Shown: positions 55,663 to 64,000 of the stretch, in pieces | Numbering within the stretch: the stretch's first letter is position 1 | Layout: every line of letters begins with the position of its first letter | Assembly (NCBI GenBank): GCA_964549615.1 | Contig: CAZJVP010000076.1 | Location: forward strand, 33,802 to 97,801 | Length of the DNA stretch: 64,000 bases | Direction: 5' to 3' | Source of the DNA: an uncultured Thermococci archaeon | Lineage (GTDB): Archaea > CAYQAE01 > CAYVLA01 | Translations under genes and position numbers: made by a program | The notes under the pieces: model-generated | What the model was told of the DNA's origin: nothing | The model's database searches: none | What the model saw: only the letters and a program-made list of their open reading frames with translations

Positions 55663-58059
55663 TTGATCCGAACCTATGAGGCCGGCATCGCGGTGTTGAT
55701 CGTGCTCATCGCCCTCATCCAGTTCGTGGTGCTATCGGCAGGGAGACTGGGCGAGCAGTGGGACAGCACGGAGTTGGATGTTGAGGTGAAGAAGGCCCTG
55801 CAGGACTTCCAGGTATCCGGCTCCTCGGAGGCCTTCAAGAGGTACTCCAAGATAAGGGACCCGGATCTCCTCCGCATGCCGCAGAGCGAGAGCGTTGGGT
55901 ACAGGCTCCTCATAAACGGCGAGCCCGTGGACAAGACCGTGCCCCCCGAGGGCGTGGAGGTGGCTGCGACCGACGCCAAGATCTTCCACCTCTCCAGGGA
56001 CGCGATGAGGCTTGTGCCTTCGCTTCGGGCCCGGCTGCTCAGGAGCGACTATGTCCAGACTGCCGGCCGGACCATGGACTATGACAGCGTGGACGAACTC
56101 GGCGAACTGATACTAAGCATCATGTGGGACCAGGAGTCGGAGGACATCCTCAAGTCTAGGATCGGCACCCTGATGGACAACCAGAACGCCGACGGCGGCT
56201 GGGGGTTCGTGAAGGGGGAGGAGAGCGATACCCTGTGCACGAGCATGAGCATTAGGGCGCTGTCCGCATGGATCAAGAGGCGGGGAGGCGACCCCCTCTC
56301 GAACGCGACCGTCTCAAGGGGCATCTCGTGGCTTAAGAAGGGCGTGCACGCCGACGGGGGGTACGGCAGCAAGGAAAGGATCGAATCCTCGGTGGATATG
56401 ACCGCGCATGCGCTTTTGGCCTTCATGGCTGCCGGCGTCGGCCAGGGCGATCCCTGCGTTGTCGCTGCCCGGGACTTCCTTCTCAGGCTACAACGCCCCG
56501 ACGGGGGATTCCCCTTGGGTCGCAAGGGGGCAAGCCAGGTGTCGCCCACCGCCGTTGCGGTCGAGGCTTTGATGGCCGCGGGCGCCTCGCAGGACGCGGT
56601 CGAGCGGGGCCTGGCATACCTGGCCGGGGAGATGATAACCGACGGGAACTACACGATGAAGTTCGTCCCGGTCGGGGGCGATGGAACCTACGACGTGTAC
56701 CTCTACACTGGCTACGTGGTGGACTGCGAGCCCCGGGGGCACGAGTTCTGGGGGGAGTCCGCTGATGATTCGGCCGTGTTCATCTACGACGTCTACGGCG
56801 ATAGATCCAACATGACCGTTGTACTCAGGATCGACAGAAGCATGCTTGAGCCCCCGGAGAACAAGCAGAAGGTCGCGCTGGCTTTGAGCCACAACGAGAC
56901 CCCGGACACGACCGACTGGTGGATCCTCAACTCCGGCAACCCCCACACCTCGGGGCAGGGCAGGCCCATCGACAGCCCACAGTTCCTGCAGGAGGTCCGC
57001 GGCGCCTACCTTTACCTGACCATTACCGACCTTCAGGTGCCGCTGGAATACGACTTCTTCAGCGACGCAAGCGGCGACTGGCTGATAGCCATCGTGGGCG
57101 ACGGGCCCCATCCCATCAAGGACAACCCGGGGAGGGGATACCTCATCGGGTACTGGAGCCCCTGGATGAAAGCGTTCCAGTTCAGCAACATCCTCGCCTG
57201 GAGGGCGTGGAGCCCAAGGATCAACCGGGTCTGCCTGGATGTCGACTGCGACTTTGAGTTTGACGACATGCGCCTAACCATCGGCGACTCGCTCACGATC
57301 AACGGGCGGCAATGGATCCTGGGCATGCAGCAGACCGAGGACGAGGTCAACCTGACCTTCTACCAGCCCGAGCTTGGCCTTTCAAGGTCGTACTACCCGC
57401 TGAAGTACAATCTCTCCACCATTCCCAGGGCCGCCTCCGGCATGTACCACTTCGGGGTGATATCGGTCGTCAACAAGCCGTCGTTCAGCAGGGACTACAA
57501 GGTGGTCCTCCGGGATTCGGTGGAGGCGGGAGTCTACGACGAGGCGTACATCTGGAACGGCACGACGTGGAACCTATTCCGACAGGGCTCGATATGGAAC
57601 GAGAGCGGCACCCTATGGTTGGTGGGGATCGAGGACGACTTCCTAACCCTGACGAGGAGGATCCCGGTCATCTCCACAGGGGTTTCCGGCTCCTGGACGA
57701 CCAGCCTGGTGGCCGAGGGGGACTTCCTCAAGGTTGACGTCTCCCGCCAGGGCCCCAAGGAGGTCTGGATGGGGCTCTTCTACGATTCATCCGAGGTGGA
57801 CAGGGTCGTATTCGACGATTCCCGGTCGGTGCCCTTCAGGCAGGATTTCGGGGTGTGGGGCGGGCTTCGCGAGACGAGCAAGGTGTACCATGCAATGGCT
57901 ATAGCCGAAGGCTGGCTCGCCGACCCGGCCTCGGTCAGGAGCCTGCACACCATTGCCGACCTCTGCCAACAGGCGATCAAGTTCAGGAAGGAGTATAACT
58001 CGGTCATCGAGGATAAGCTGAGCGTGGAGGCTTGGTTTAAGTCCCAAGGAGGGGGCTAG
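55663..58059 (+). CDS. Pilin-like protein with inserted prenyltransferase/squalene-cyclase (QW) repeat domain
   Basis: N-terminal TYEAGIAVLIVLIAL; QNADGGWG, HADGGYG and LQRPDGGF repeats; C-terminal LSVEAW. Confidence 0.7.
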   Translation: MIRTYEAGIAVLIVLIALIQFVVLSAGRLGEQWDSTELDVEVKKALQDFQVSGSSEAFKRYSKIRDPDLLRMPQSESVGYRLLINGEPVDKTVPPEGVEVAATDAKIFHLSRDAMRLVPSLRARLLRSDYVQTAGRTMDYDSVDELGELILSIMWDQESEDILKSRIGTLMDNQNADGGWGFVKGEESDTLCTSMSIRALSAWIKRRGGDPLSNATVSRGISWLKKGVHADGGYGSKERIESSVDMTAHALLAFMAAGVGQGDPCVVAARDFLLRLQRPDGGFPLGRKGASQVSPTAVAVEALMAAGASQDAVERGLAYLAGEMITDGNYTMKFVPVGGDGTYDVYLYTGYVVDCEPRGHEFWGESADDSAVFIYDVYGDRSNMTVVLRIDRSMLEPPENKQKVALALSHNETPDTTDWWILNSGNPHTSGQGRPIDSPQFLQEVRGAYLYLTITDLQVPLEYDFFSDASGDWLIAIVGDGPHPIKDNPGRGYLIGYWSPWMKAFQFSNILAWRAWSPRINRVCLDVDCDFEFDDMRLTIGDSLTINGRQWILGMQQTEDEVNLTFYQPELGLSRSYYPLKYNLSTIPRAASGMYHFGVISVVNKPSFSRDYKVVLRDSVEAGVYDEAYIWNGTTWNLFRQGSIWNESGTLWLVGIEDDFLTLTRRIPVISTGVSGSWTTSLVAEGDFLKVDVSRQGPKEVWMGLFYDSSEVDRVVFDDSRSVPFRQDFGVWGGLRETSKVYHAMAIAEGWLADPASVRSLHTIADLCQQAIKFRKEYNSVIEDKLSVEAWFKSQGGG

Positions 58060-61000
58060 GTGAGAAATACGGGTTCGCTGGCGAGGGAGAGAAGGGGGGC
58101 GATCTACCTCTTCTCGGTGGTCTTGGTATCCGTGATGCTGGTGATCTTGGTTGCGGCCCTGGTTGCCATAGAGAAGACGGCATCGGGCAACATCCTCAAC
58201 GTGGAGGAGGAGCTTTCCTACTTCCAGCTTGAGTGCGTGAAGGCCCTCGAGAACAAGGTCTACTCGGTCATGGCGCTTGATCCCAGCGGTGCAACCCTCC
58301 AGGCGGAGCTTGACAGAACGATCTCCAAGCTCCGGGAACAGGCCGAGGAGCGGGGCATGTGGCAGAACATCACCTACACCTTGGACTTCAGGCCTACAAG
58401 CCTGGATCTCAGCCCGTGCAGGGTCAGCTTCGATGTGACGACCAAGTCGCAGGGGCAGACGGCATACGACAAAAAGGAGCTGTTCCTGACGGATGCCTTC
58501 GTGCACGGGGACTACCTGTACCTGGAGAACGCGAGGCTACAGCTCAGATTCAAGGTCCGTCCCGGAAGCGACGAGACGGAAGGATACATCGAGGGCGGCG
58601 CAGCCTACATCGGCTCCGACGTCATCCTGGCCACGGGCCTCTCCGACTACCTGAACATCTCCTCCTGGACGAACGCGACATCGGTCTACCATTACACTAT
58701 GACGCAGTATCCGGGCCTTGTCACGCTCAGCCTCAGAAACGAGACAAGCAGGGTGAGCCTGACAAAGTTCATCTACGTCAAGCTCGACGAGGTGCAGCTG
58801 CAGATGAACGTGGAGCCCAAGGTCAGCATGGAATACGGGCTTTCCTACGGCATCGGGCTGACATCCAACATAAACGGGCCCGCCCACGACAAGTTCCGCA
58901 TAGATGATCTCGCGGGCGGGGCTCTCAATCCCTCCACGTCCTGGGCCAACGCAACGCTTGCGAACTCGACCTTCGCTGTCCAGAAGCAGAACTCATGGAT
59001 CGTGACCTACGACGACGATGCCGAGCCCTATGCCCTCGCCCTGATCCTGGACGATGCACAGGCGGTGCGTTTCCCCTCGGCGCAGCCTGACGACTGCATC
59101 ATGTTTGCCCCGGTTCGGAAGGGCAGGTTCGTGGTCAACGGCATACTGCGTGCGTACTCGTCCTACTCAGACGCCGTTGAGGGGATGCGGGAGCTCAAGA
59201 AGCTCGGGAAGCCACCCTCAGGTAGGACCAACTACCTTGAGCCCCTCGTCCTCGCGCTGAGGGCGAAAGACCTAGTCTTCGACCCGCCCGCGCCCATAGC
59301 CGGGCGGCGCGTCGGCTTCTACGCCTGGGTGGAGAACTACGGCACCAAGGATGCCCATGACGTCGTTGTCCACTTCTACGACGGCAAACCGCTTCCGGAC
59401 AGGAGCAACCTCCTCGGAGCCGCCAACATCTCCACCCTGCTGAACGGAAGGACCCAGGTCGCCTCCACGACCTGGACGTTCTCCAAGCCGGGCGTTCACG
59501 AGATCTACGCCGTGGTGGACCCCGACCTACTGCTCCCGGAGGATCCAACGGACAACGTGAAACACGTCCCCCTCAAGATCAACCCCCAGGACAACCCCAA
59601 CGATGACACCGAGATGGTGGCGCTCCACACAACCTATCAGACCCTCACCGCCGGGGAGACCGTCGAGGTTTTGGGCCTGGTACACAACAAAGGCAACAGG
59701 GACGAGTCCAACGTGGTGGTCAGGCTTGCGGTCGTGGACAAGGCAAACGTATCGCGGAACATAAGCTCGGTCGTCGTGCCCGACATTCCGCTCGGGTACT
59801 ATCTCCCCGTCTCGATAAGCTTCGTCTATATGGATGGGGACGAGCGGGTAAGGATGTCGGTCGATCCGGTTGAGAACGAGACCGACCTTTCCAACAACGC
59901 CAGGGAGGCGTACATCACGGCGGCTGGAGTCCTGATCGTCGCCGACGACAACGTTGGCCCGAAGGATGGGGTGAGGGGAAGCACATCCCTTGGGGAGTTC
60001 CTGGCGGCCCTTGATGATCCGAAGAGGTACCACGTCACGGTTTGGTCGGAGGAGGACAGGGGGGATCCCCCGCTCGAGGTCCTGCTGTTCTTCGACGCGG
60101 TGGCATGGACCTGCGGGGACTACGACGGCCACGACGCTGAGACCAACGATGCCCGGACTCTCGTACAGTTCATAGAGGCCGGGGGCCACCTTGTGCTCGA
60201 GGGCGAGGACATAGCCTACAGGCATCACCAGAACGTCTCGGGCCCCCCTGACAACTTCCTCTGGAACGTGACCAAGTGCTACATAGCCGCCTATTACGAC
60301 CCGGGCCTTGCGAGGATGGTGCCGTTTGATGATGTGGAGCTTGATGGGGCGGGCGCCAAGTTGGTTCCGCAGATCAACCTTTACCCGACCCACCCCGTGA
60401 TGACGAACCTTCCCATCTACATCCCGTCCAACTATACCGCCCCCTATCCTGACGCGATCCTGCCGATCAACGCCACACAGCTTGCGGTCTATGAATCGCC
60501 GGACCCCAACTTCCTGGTGCTCGAGGATGACCTTCGGAGCGGCCAGTTTAACTGGGCGTGGGCCCCCTCCGTCGTGTCCAGCCCTGTGCTGTCTGGGGGC
60601 GCGGGATTCAGGAGCACCGGGAACAACAACTTCGCCTACACGTTCCCGTACACGGTCGGGGAGGGCGCGAGCCAGTATAGGTTCATAGACCTTTGGTTTT
60701 ACTTCATGGATTCGGACGCCGACATCCTCCTTCAGGTGAAGGACCAGTCAGGATCCTGGGAGCACAGGTGGGGTTGGGATGTGCAGTCAAGCTACAACGG
60801 CTACTCCTGGGCCCGGAAGGGGACCACCCTCAACTGTCCCTGGGGAAGGTGGCTTCACTACCGCCTGGACCTGGTCACAGATCTGGGGATCGCCCCCGGC
60901 ACGCGCATAACTGGCCTCGCCTTCTCGGCGAACGACGGAGACGTGTGCTTCGACCACATCCGCTTTGCCAGGAAGGACTCGTGGAAGACCTCCATGGTGG

Positions 61001-64000
61001 CCTACGAGGATGCGGATACCGGCTCAAAGATGGCTTACATGGCATACCCGGTCTCGGCGGTGGAGAACCGCAGCCGCAAGATCTTGATTAGAAACGCGAT
61101 AGACTGGGTCAGCGGCAGGAACCTCAACAGGGCGCCGCTGGTCACCGTCACCGCGCCGTCGGGCGCCGAGAAATGGAGGGGAACACAGAACATAACCTGG
61201 TCGGCCGCGGACCTTGACGGCGATCCGCTGTCGATCGATATCTACTACTCGCGCAACGGCGGGATCACCTGGGTCGATCTTGCCAGGGGCCTGAGCAACA
61301 CGGGCGTGTGGGCCTGGGACACGACCACCGTCCAGGACGGGCTCTACGTCGTCAAGGTGGTTGCCGACGACTCAATGGTGTCCGCGCAGGACGACTCCCC
61401 AAGCTTCGAAATCGACAACATCAACGAACCGCCGACAGTTACCGTGACGAGGCCTAACGTGAGGATGAGGCTGTCGGGGACCGAGCAGATACTCTGGACG
61501 GCGAGCGACCCCGACGGCGACCCGCTTACTTACGACATAGAATGGTGGGACGGGTCCACCTGGCGTACGATCGTGACGGGATACGTCCCGCCCTCGCCGT
61601 CGAATCCCAGTTATGATTGGAACACGAGGACGGTGCCCGACGGCATAAACTACCTGGTAAAGGTCCGCGCCACCGACGGTGTGAACTGGGCGGAGGATGT
61701 CTCCGACCAGCCCTTCAGCGTTGAGAACGACAACCAGCCCCCCACGGTTAGGGTTGTTGATCCCAACGGAGGCGAGGTCTGGAGCGGGAACCACACGATC
61801 ACATGGGTGATGACCGATGCAGACGGATCCGAGGGCGGCGCGCCCATGGGCGACCCGTACAGGGATCGTCTCACCGCCATCGTTGACTACAACAGCACCG
61901 ACGCCATCTTCAACGGCAGCTACTCCCCCGACTCGCAAGGCTTCTTTAGGACTTGGCTGCTCGCAGGGGCATACTCGGGCAACAACATCGATGTCGACTA
62001 CCTCGGCGGCGAATCGACGGCGCTCCCCTGGGCCGGCAAGAAGGATAATGGAAAGACTTGGTGGAAGAACTTCGATGCCGACACCCGCATCGATCTATAC
62101 TCCCTTCTTGACCCGAAAACAACCGTCACGGGCTATGCTTTTGCCTACGTCTACAACCCGGTGGAGAGGGACCTGAAGATGAAGGTGGGATCCGACGACG
62201 GGATAAAGGTCTACATCAACGGCGTGATGGTCCACAAAAACCCGATCTCTAGGTCGGCCGCGCCTGACCAGGACACAAAAACTGTACATCTCAACCAGGG
62301 CTGGAACAGGGTTTTGGTGAAGGTCACCCAGGGAAGCGGTGCATGGGCGTTCTACTTCAGGTTCACGGATCTTTCAGACAACCCAGTGACCGACCTGGGA
62401 ATCGCCCTTGACAGGCCGAACAGCTACGACACCGGCAAGCCATACGCGACCGGCGCAAGGCTCGGCTCCACCGTGGACGTGTCCAACCTCGCATGGAACA
62501 CCGGCACGGTGCCCAACGGCAACTACACAGTCACGGTCACCGTCGACGACGGCAGGGGAGGCATCGTCTCTGATTCCTCCGACTCCCTATTCGAGATCCA
62601 GAACAACCGCAACCCGATCGTGAAGGTGATCTATCCCAACGGCCAGGAGATACTCTTCGGCAACGTCACCGTCGTCTGGAATGCCACCGATCCCGACGGG
62701 GACCCCATGACCTTCAAGATCTATTACAAGCGAGGCGCAGGCAGCTGGAACCTCATAACCACCATAACAAACTCCACATGGAGATGGTATCTGTGGGACG
62801 TCAGCCAACTGCCCGATTCACCCCCAGAATACTACGTCAAGGTCGAGGCCTATGACGGGCGCGGCGGGGTGGGCTGGGACGTCTCAGACGATGGATGGTA
62901 CCTCAACAATGCGGAAGGAGAGTACGGCCCAGGCGGCCCCGGCAACTACACCGGCTACGGCAGCGGCGGCCAGATAGGCGGCCCGGGTGTACCGCCTGGT
63001 GGTGGCGGCGGTGGTGGCGGCGGCGGTGGAAGCAATTACGACCCGTCCGACAGGAAGTCCCTCGTGATGCTGCTAGCCCCCCTGGGCGGGGAAGAGTGGA
63101 AGGGCACCAAGACCGTGAGCTGGATCCACGCGAACTTCGGGGCAGGGCTCAAGTTCGATGTGCTGGTGAGCAAGGATTCGGGCTCAACCTGGCAAACCCT
63201 GGCAAGCGGCATAACGGGCACGACCTACAGCTGGGACACCAAGAACTTCCCGGGCCATGCGGACTCCAACAACTACAGGATCATGGTGCGAGGTTATGAC
63301 GACGAGGGCAACGAAGATACCGACTCATCCAACAACTTCAGGGTCTACAACAACGTCTTGCCAACCGTGAGGGTTACCAGCCCCAACGGCGGCGAGTGGC
63401 TGAAGGGCGTTTGGACCATCACTTGGACGGGCAGCGACTCCGACGGCGACGGGGACAACGATCCGAGCACCCCGTACTCGCTGAAGTACGACGTGTACTA
63501 CTCCGACAACTCAGGCTCAACCTGGAAGCTGCTGGCAAGCGACATAACGACGACGAGCCTTGACTGGGATACCACCACGGTCGCGGATGGAAGCAAGTAC
63601 CGGATAAGGGTTGTCGCGAAGGACGGCAACATCAAGGGCGAAACCGTCTACGACAACTCGGACGCGGACTTCAACGTCAACAACAAGAACGATCCCCCAT
63701 CTGCAACCCTCACCTCGCCAAACGGCGGGGAGAAGCTTAAGGACACCATCGCGATCAAGTGGACAGCGAGCGACCCTGACGCGGATCCCCTGACCTTCTC
63801 GCTGTACTACAGCGACGACCTAGGTGCAACCTGGCAGCTCATTCAGGGAGGGTTCACTGCGAGCTCGCCGTACACCTACAACTGGGACTCCAACTCCGTC
63901 CCGGACGGCACCCAGTACATGGTCAAGGTGGTGGCGGACGACGGGGTCTATCAGGCAAGCGATGCCTCCAACTCGATCTTCACGATCGACAACACCGACC
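58060..64000 (+). CDS. Giant pilin-like adhesin (>1,980 aa, truncated by the window end): CARDB domains, GATase-like domain, CBM-like and PA14-like inserts, at least 7 Ig-like PNGGE repeats
   Basis: Absent from the ORF track because it has no stop in the window. GTG 58060 directly follows the upstream stop; RERRG|AIYLFSVVLVSVMLVILVAAL; frame open at all points spot-checked to the end. Confidence 0.85.
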   Translation, partial: MRNTGSLARERRGAIYLFSVVLVSVMLVILVAALVAIEKTASGNILNVEEELSYFQLECVKALENKVYSVMALDPSGATLQAELDRTISKLREQAEERGMWQNITYTLDFRPTSLDLSPCRVSFDVTTKSQGQTAYDKKELFLTDAFVHGDYLYLENARLQLRFKVRPGSDETEGYIEGGAAYIGSDVILATGLSDYLNISSWTNATSVYHYTMTQYPGLVTLSLRNETSRVSLTKFIYVKLDEVQLQMNVEPKVSMEYGLSYGIGLTSNINGPAHDKFRIDDLAGGALNPSTSWANATLANSTFAVQKQNSWIVTYDDDAEPYALALILDDAQAVRFPSAQPDDCIMFAPVRKGRFVVNGILRAYSSYSDAVEGMRELKKLGKPPSGRTNYLEPLVLALRAKDLVFDPPAPIAGRRVGFYAWVENYGTKDAHDVVVHFYDGKPLPDRSNLLGAANISTLLNGRTQVASTTWTFSKPGVHEIYAVVDPDLLLPEDPTDNVKHVPLKINPQDNPNDDTEMVALHTTYQTLTAGETVEVLGLVHNKGNRDESNVVVRLAVVDKANVSRNISSVVVPDIPLGYYLPVSISFVYMDGDERVRMSVDPVENETDLSNNAREAYITAAGVLIVADDNVGPKDGVRGSTSLGEFLAALDDPKRYHVTVWSEEDRGDPPLEVLLFFDAVAWTCGDYDGHDAETNDARTLVQFIEAGGHLVLEGEDIAYRHHQNVSGPPDNFLWNVTKCYIAAYYDPGLARMVPFDDVELDGAGAKLVPQINLYPTHPVMTNLPIYIPSNYTAPYPDAILPINATQLAVYESPDPNFLVLEDDLRSGQFNWAWAPSVVSSPVLSGGAGFRSTGNNNFAYTFPYTVGEGASQYRFIDLWFYFMDSDADILLQVKDQSGSWEHRWGWDVQSSYNGYSWARKGTTLNCPWGRWLHYRLDLVTDLGIAPGTRITGLAFSANDGDVCFDHIRFARKDSWKTSMVAYEDADTGSKMAYMAYPVSAVENRSRKILIRNAIDWVSGRNLNRAPLVTVTAPSGAEKWRGTQNITWSAADLDGDPLSIDIYYSRNGGITWVDLARGLSNTGVWAWDTTTVQDGLYVVKVVADDSMVSAQDDSPSFEIDNINEPPTVTVTRPNVRMRLSGTEQILWTASDPDGDPLTYDIEWWDGSTWRTIVTGYVPPSPSNPSYDWNTRTVPDGINYLVKVRATDGVNWAEDVSDQPFSVENDNQPPTVRVVDPNGGEVWSGNHTITWVMTDADGSEGGAPMGDPYRDRLTAIVDYNSTDAIFNGSYSPDSQGFFRTWLLAGAYSGNNIDVDYLGGESTALPWAGKKDNGKTWWKNFDADTRIDLYSLLDPKTTVTGYAFAYVYNPVERDLKMKVGSDDGIKVYINGVMVHKNPISRSAAPDQDTKTVHLNQGWNRVLVKVTQGSGAWAFYFRFTDLSDNPVTDLGIALDRPNSYDTGKPYATGARLGSTVDVSNLAWNTGTVPNGNYTVTVTVDDGRGGIVSDSSDSLFEIQNNRNPIVKVIYPNGQEILFGNVTVVWNATDPDGDPMTFKIYYKRGAGSWNLITTITNSTWRWYLWDVSQLPDSPPEYYVKVEAYDGRGGVGWDVSDDGWYLNNAEGEYGPGGPGNYTGYGSGGQIGGPGVPPGGGGGGGGGGGSNYDPSDRKSLVMLLAPLGGEEWKGTKTVSWIHANFGAGLKFDVLVSKDSGSTWQTLASGITGTTYSWDTKNFPGHADSNNYRIMVRGYDDEGNEDTDSSNNFRVYNNVLPTVRVTSPNGGEWLKGVWTITWTGSDSDGDGDNDPSTPYSLKYDVYYSDNSGSTWKLLASDITTTSLDWDTTTVADGSKYRIRVVAKDGNIKGETVYDNSDADFNVNNKNDPPSATLTSPNGGEKLKDTIAIKWTASDPDADPLTFSLYYSDDLGATWQLIQGGFTASSPYTYNWDSNSVPDGTQYMVKVVADDGVYQASDASNSIFTIDNTD
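62998..63030 (+). repeat. (GGY)n poly-glycine linker
   Basis: GGT/GGC run encoding about 11 consecutive Gly. Confidence 0.85.

Noticed and set aside
1-64000. CRISPR array, rRNA, prophage or retroelement
   Set aside because: No regularly spaced nucleotide repeats, cas, reverse transcriptase, integrase or capsid genes were recognised; repeats in the giant ORFs are diverged protein-level repeats.

Overview
GC-rich archaeal chromosomal segment; the lineage cannot be fixed from sequence alone. Housekeeping genes include rps26e, pyrG, rpiA, geranylgeranyl reductase with ferredoxin, and the conserved RPA3-PCNA-GINS-L44e-S27e-aIF2a-Nop10 cluster. One intact IS481-family element has 23-bp TIRs and a 15-bp target duplication. 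Three accessory loci stand out. (1) A MacB/LolD-type ABC system whose ATPase and neighbouring membrane zinc-finger protein both appear to carry a CDC48-Nc (beta-clam)-like domain. (2) A sugar-catabolic locus with an FGGY kinase, three class I aldolase-like proteins (one lacking the catalytic Lys, one fused to a 4x[4Fe-4S] domain) and a tungsten AOR-family oxidoreductase. (3) A ~33-kb surface/type IV pilus region: KaiC-like, GvpD-like and MinD ATPases, a 2,044-aa multi-Ig surface protein with pseudomurein-binding-like repeats behind its TM helix, assembly ATPase plus two TadC-like proteins, an invasin-Ig/TPR protein, a pilin, an ABC-2 exporter with a PrsW fusion, and three pilin-like proteins, the last >1,980 aa and running off the window. 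All family calls come from motif recognition by eye, not database searches.
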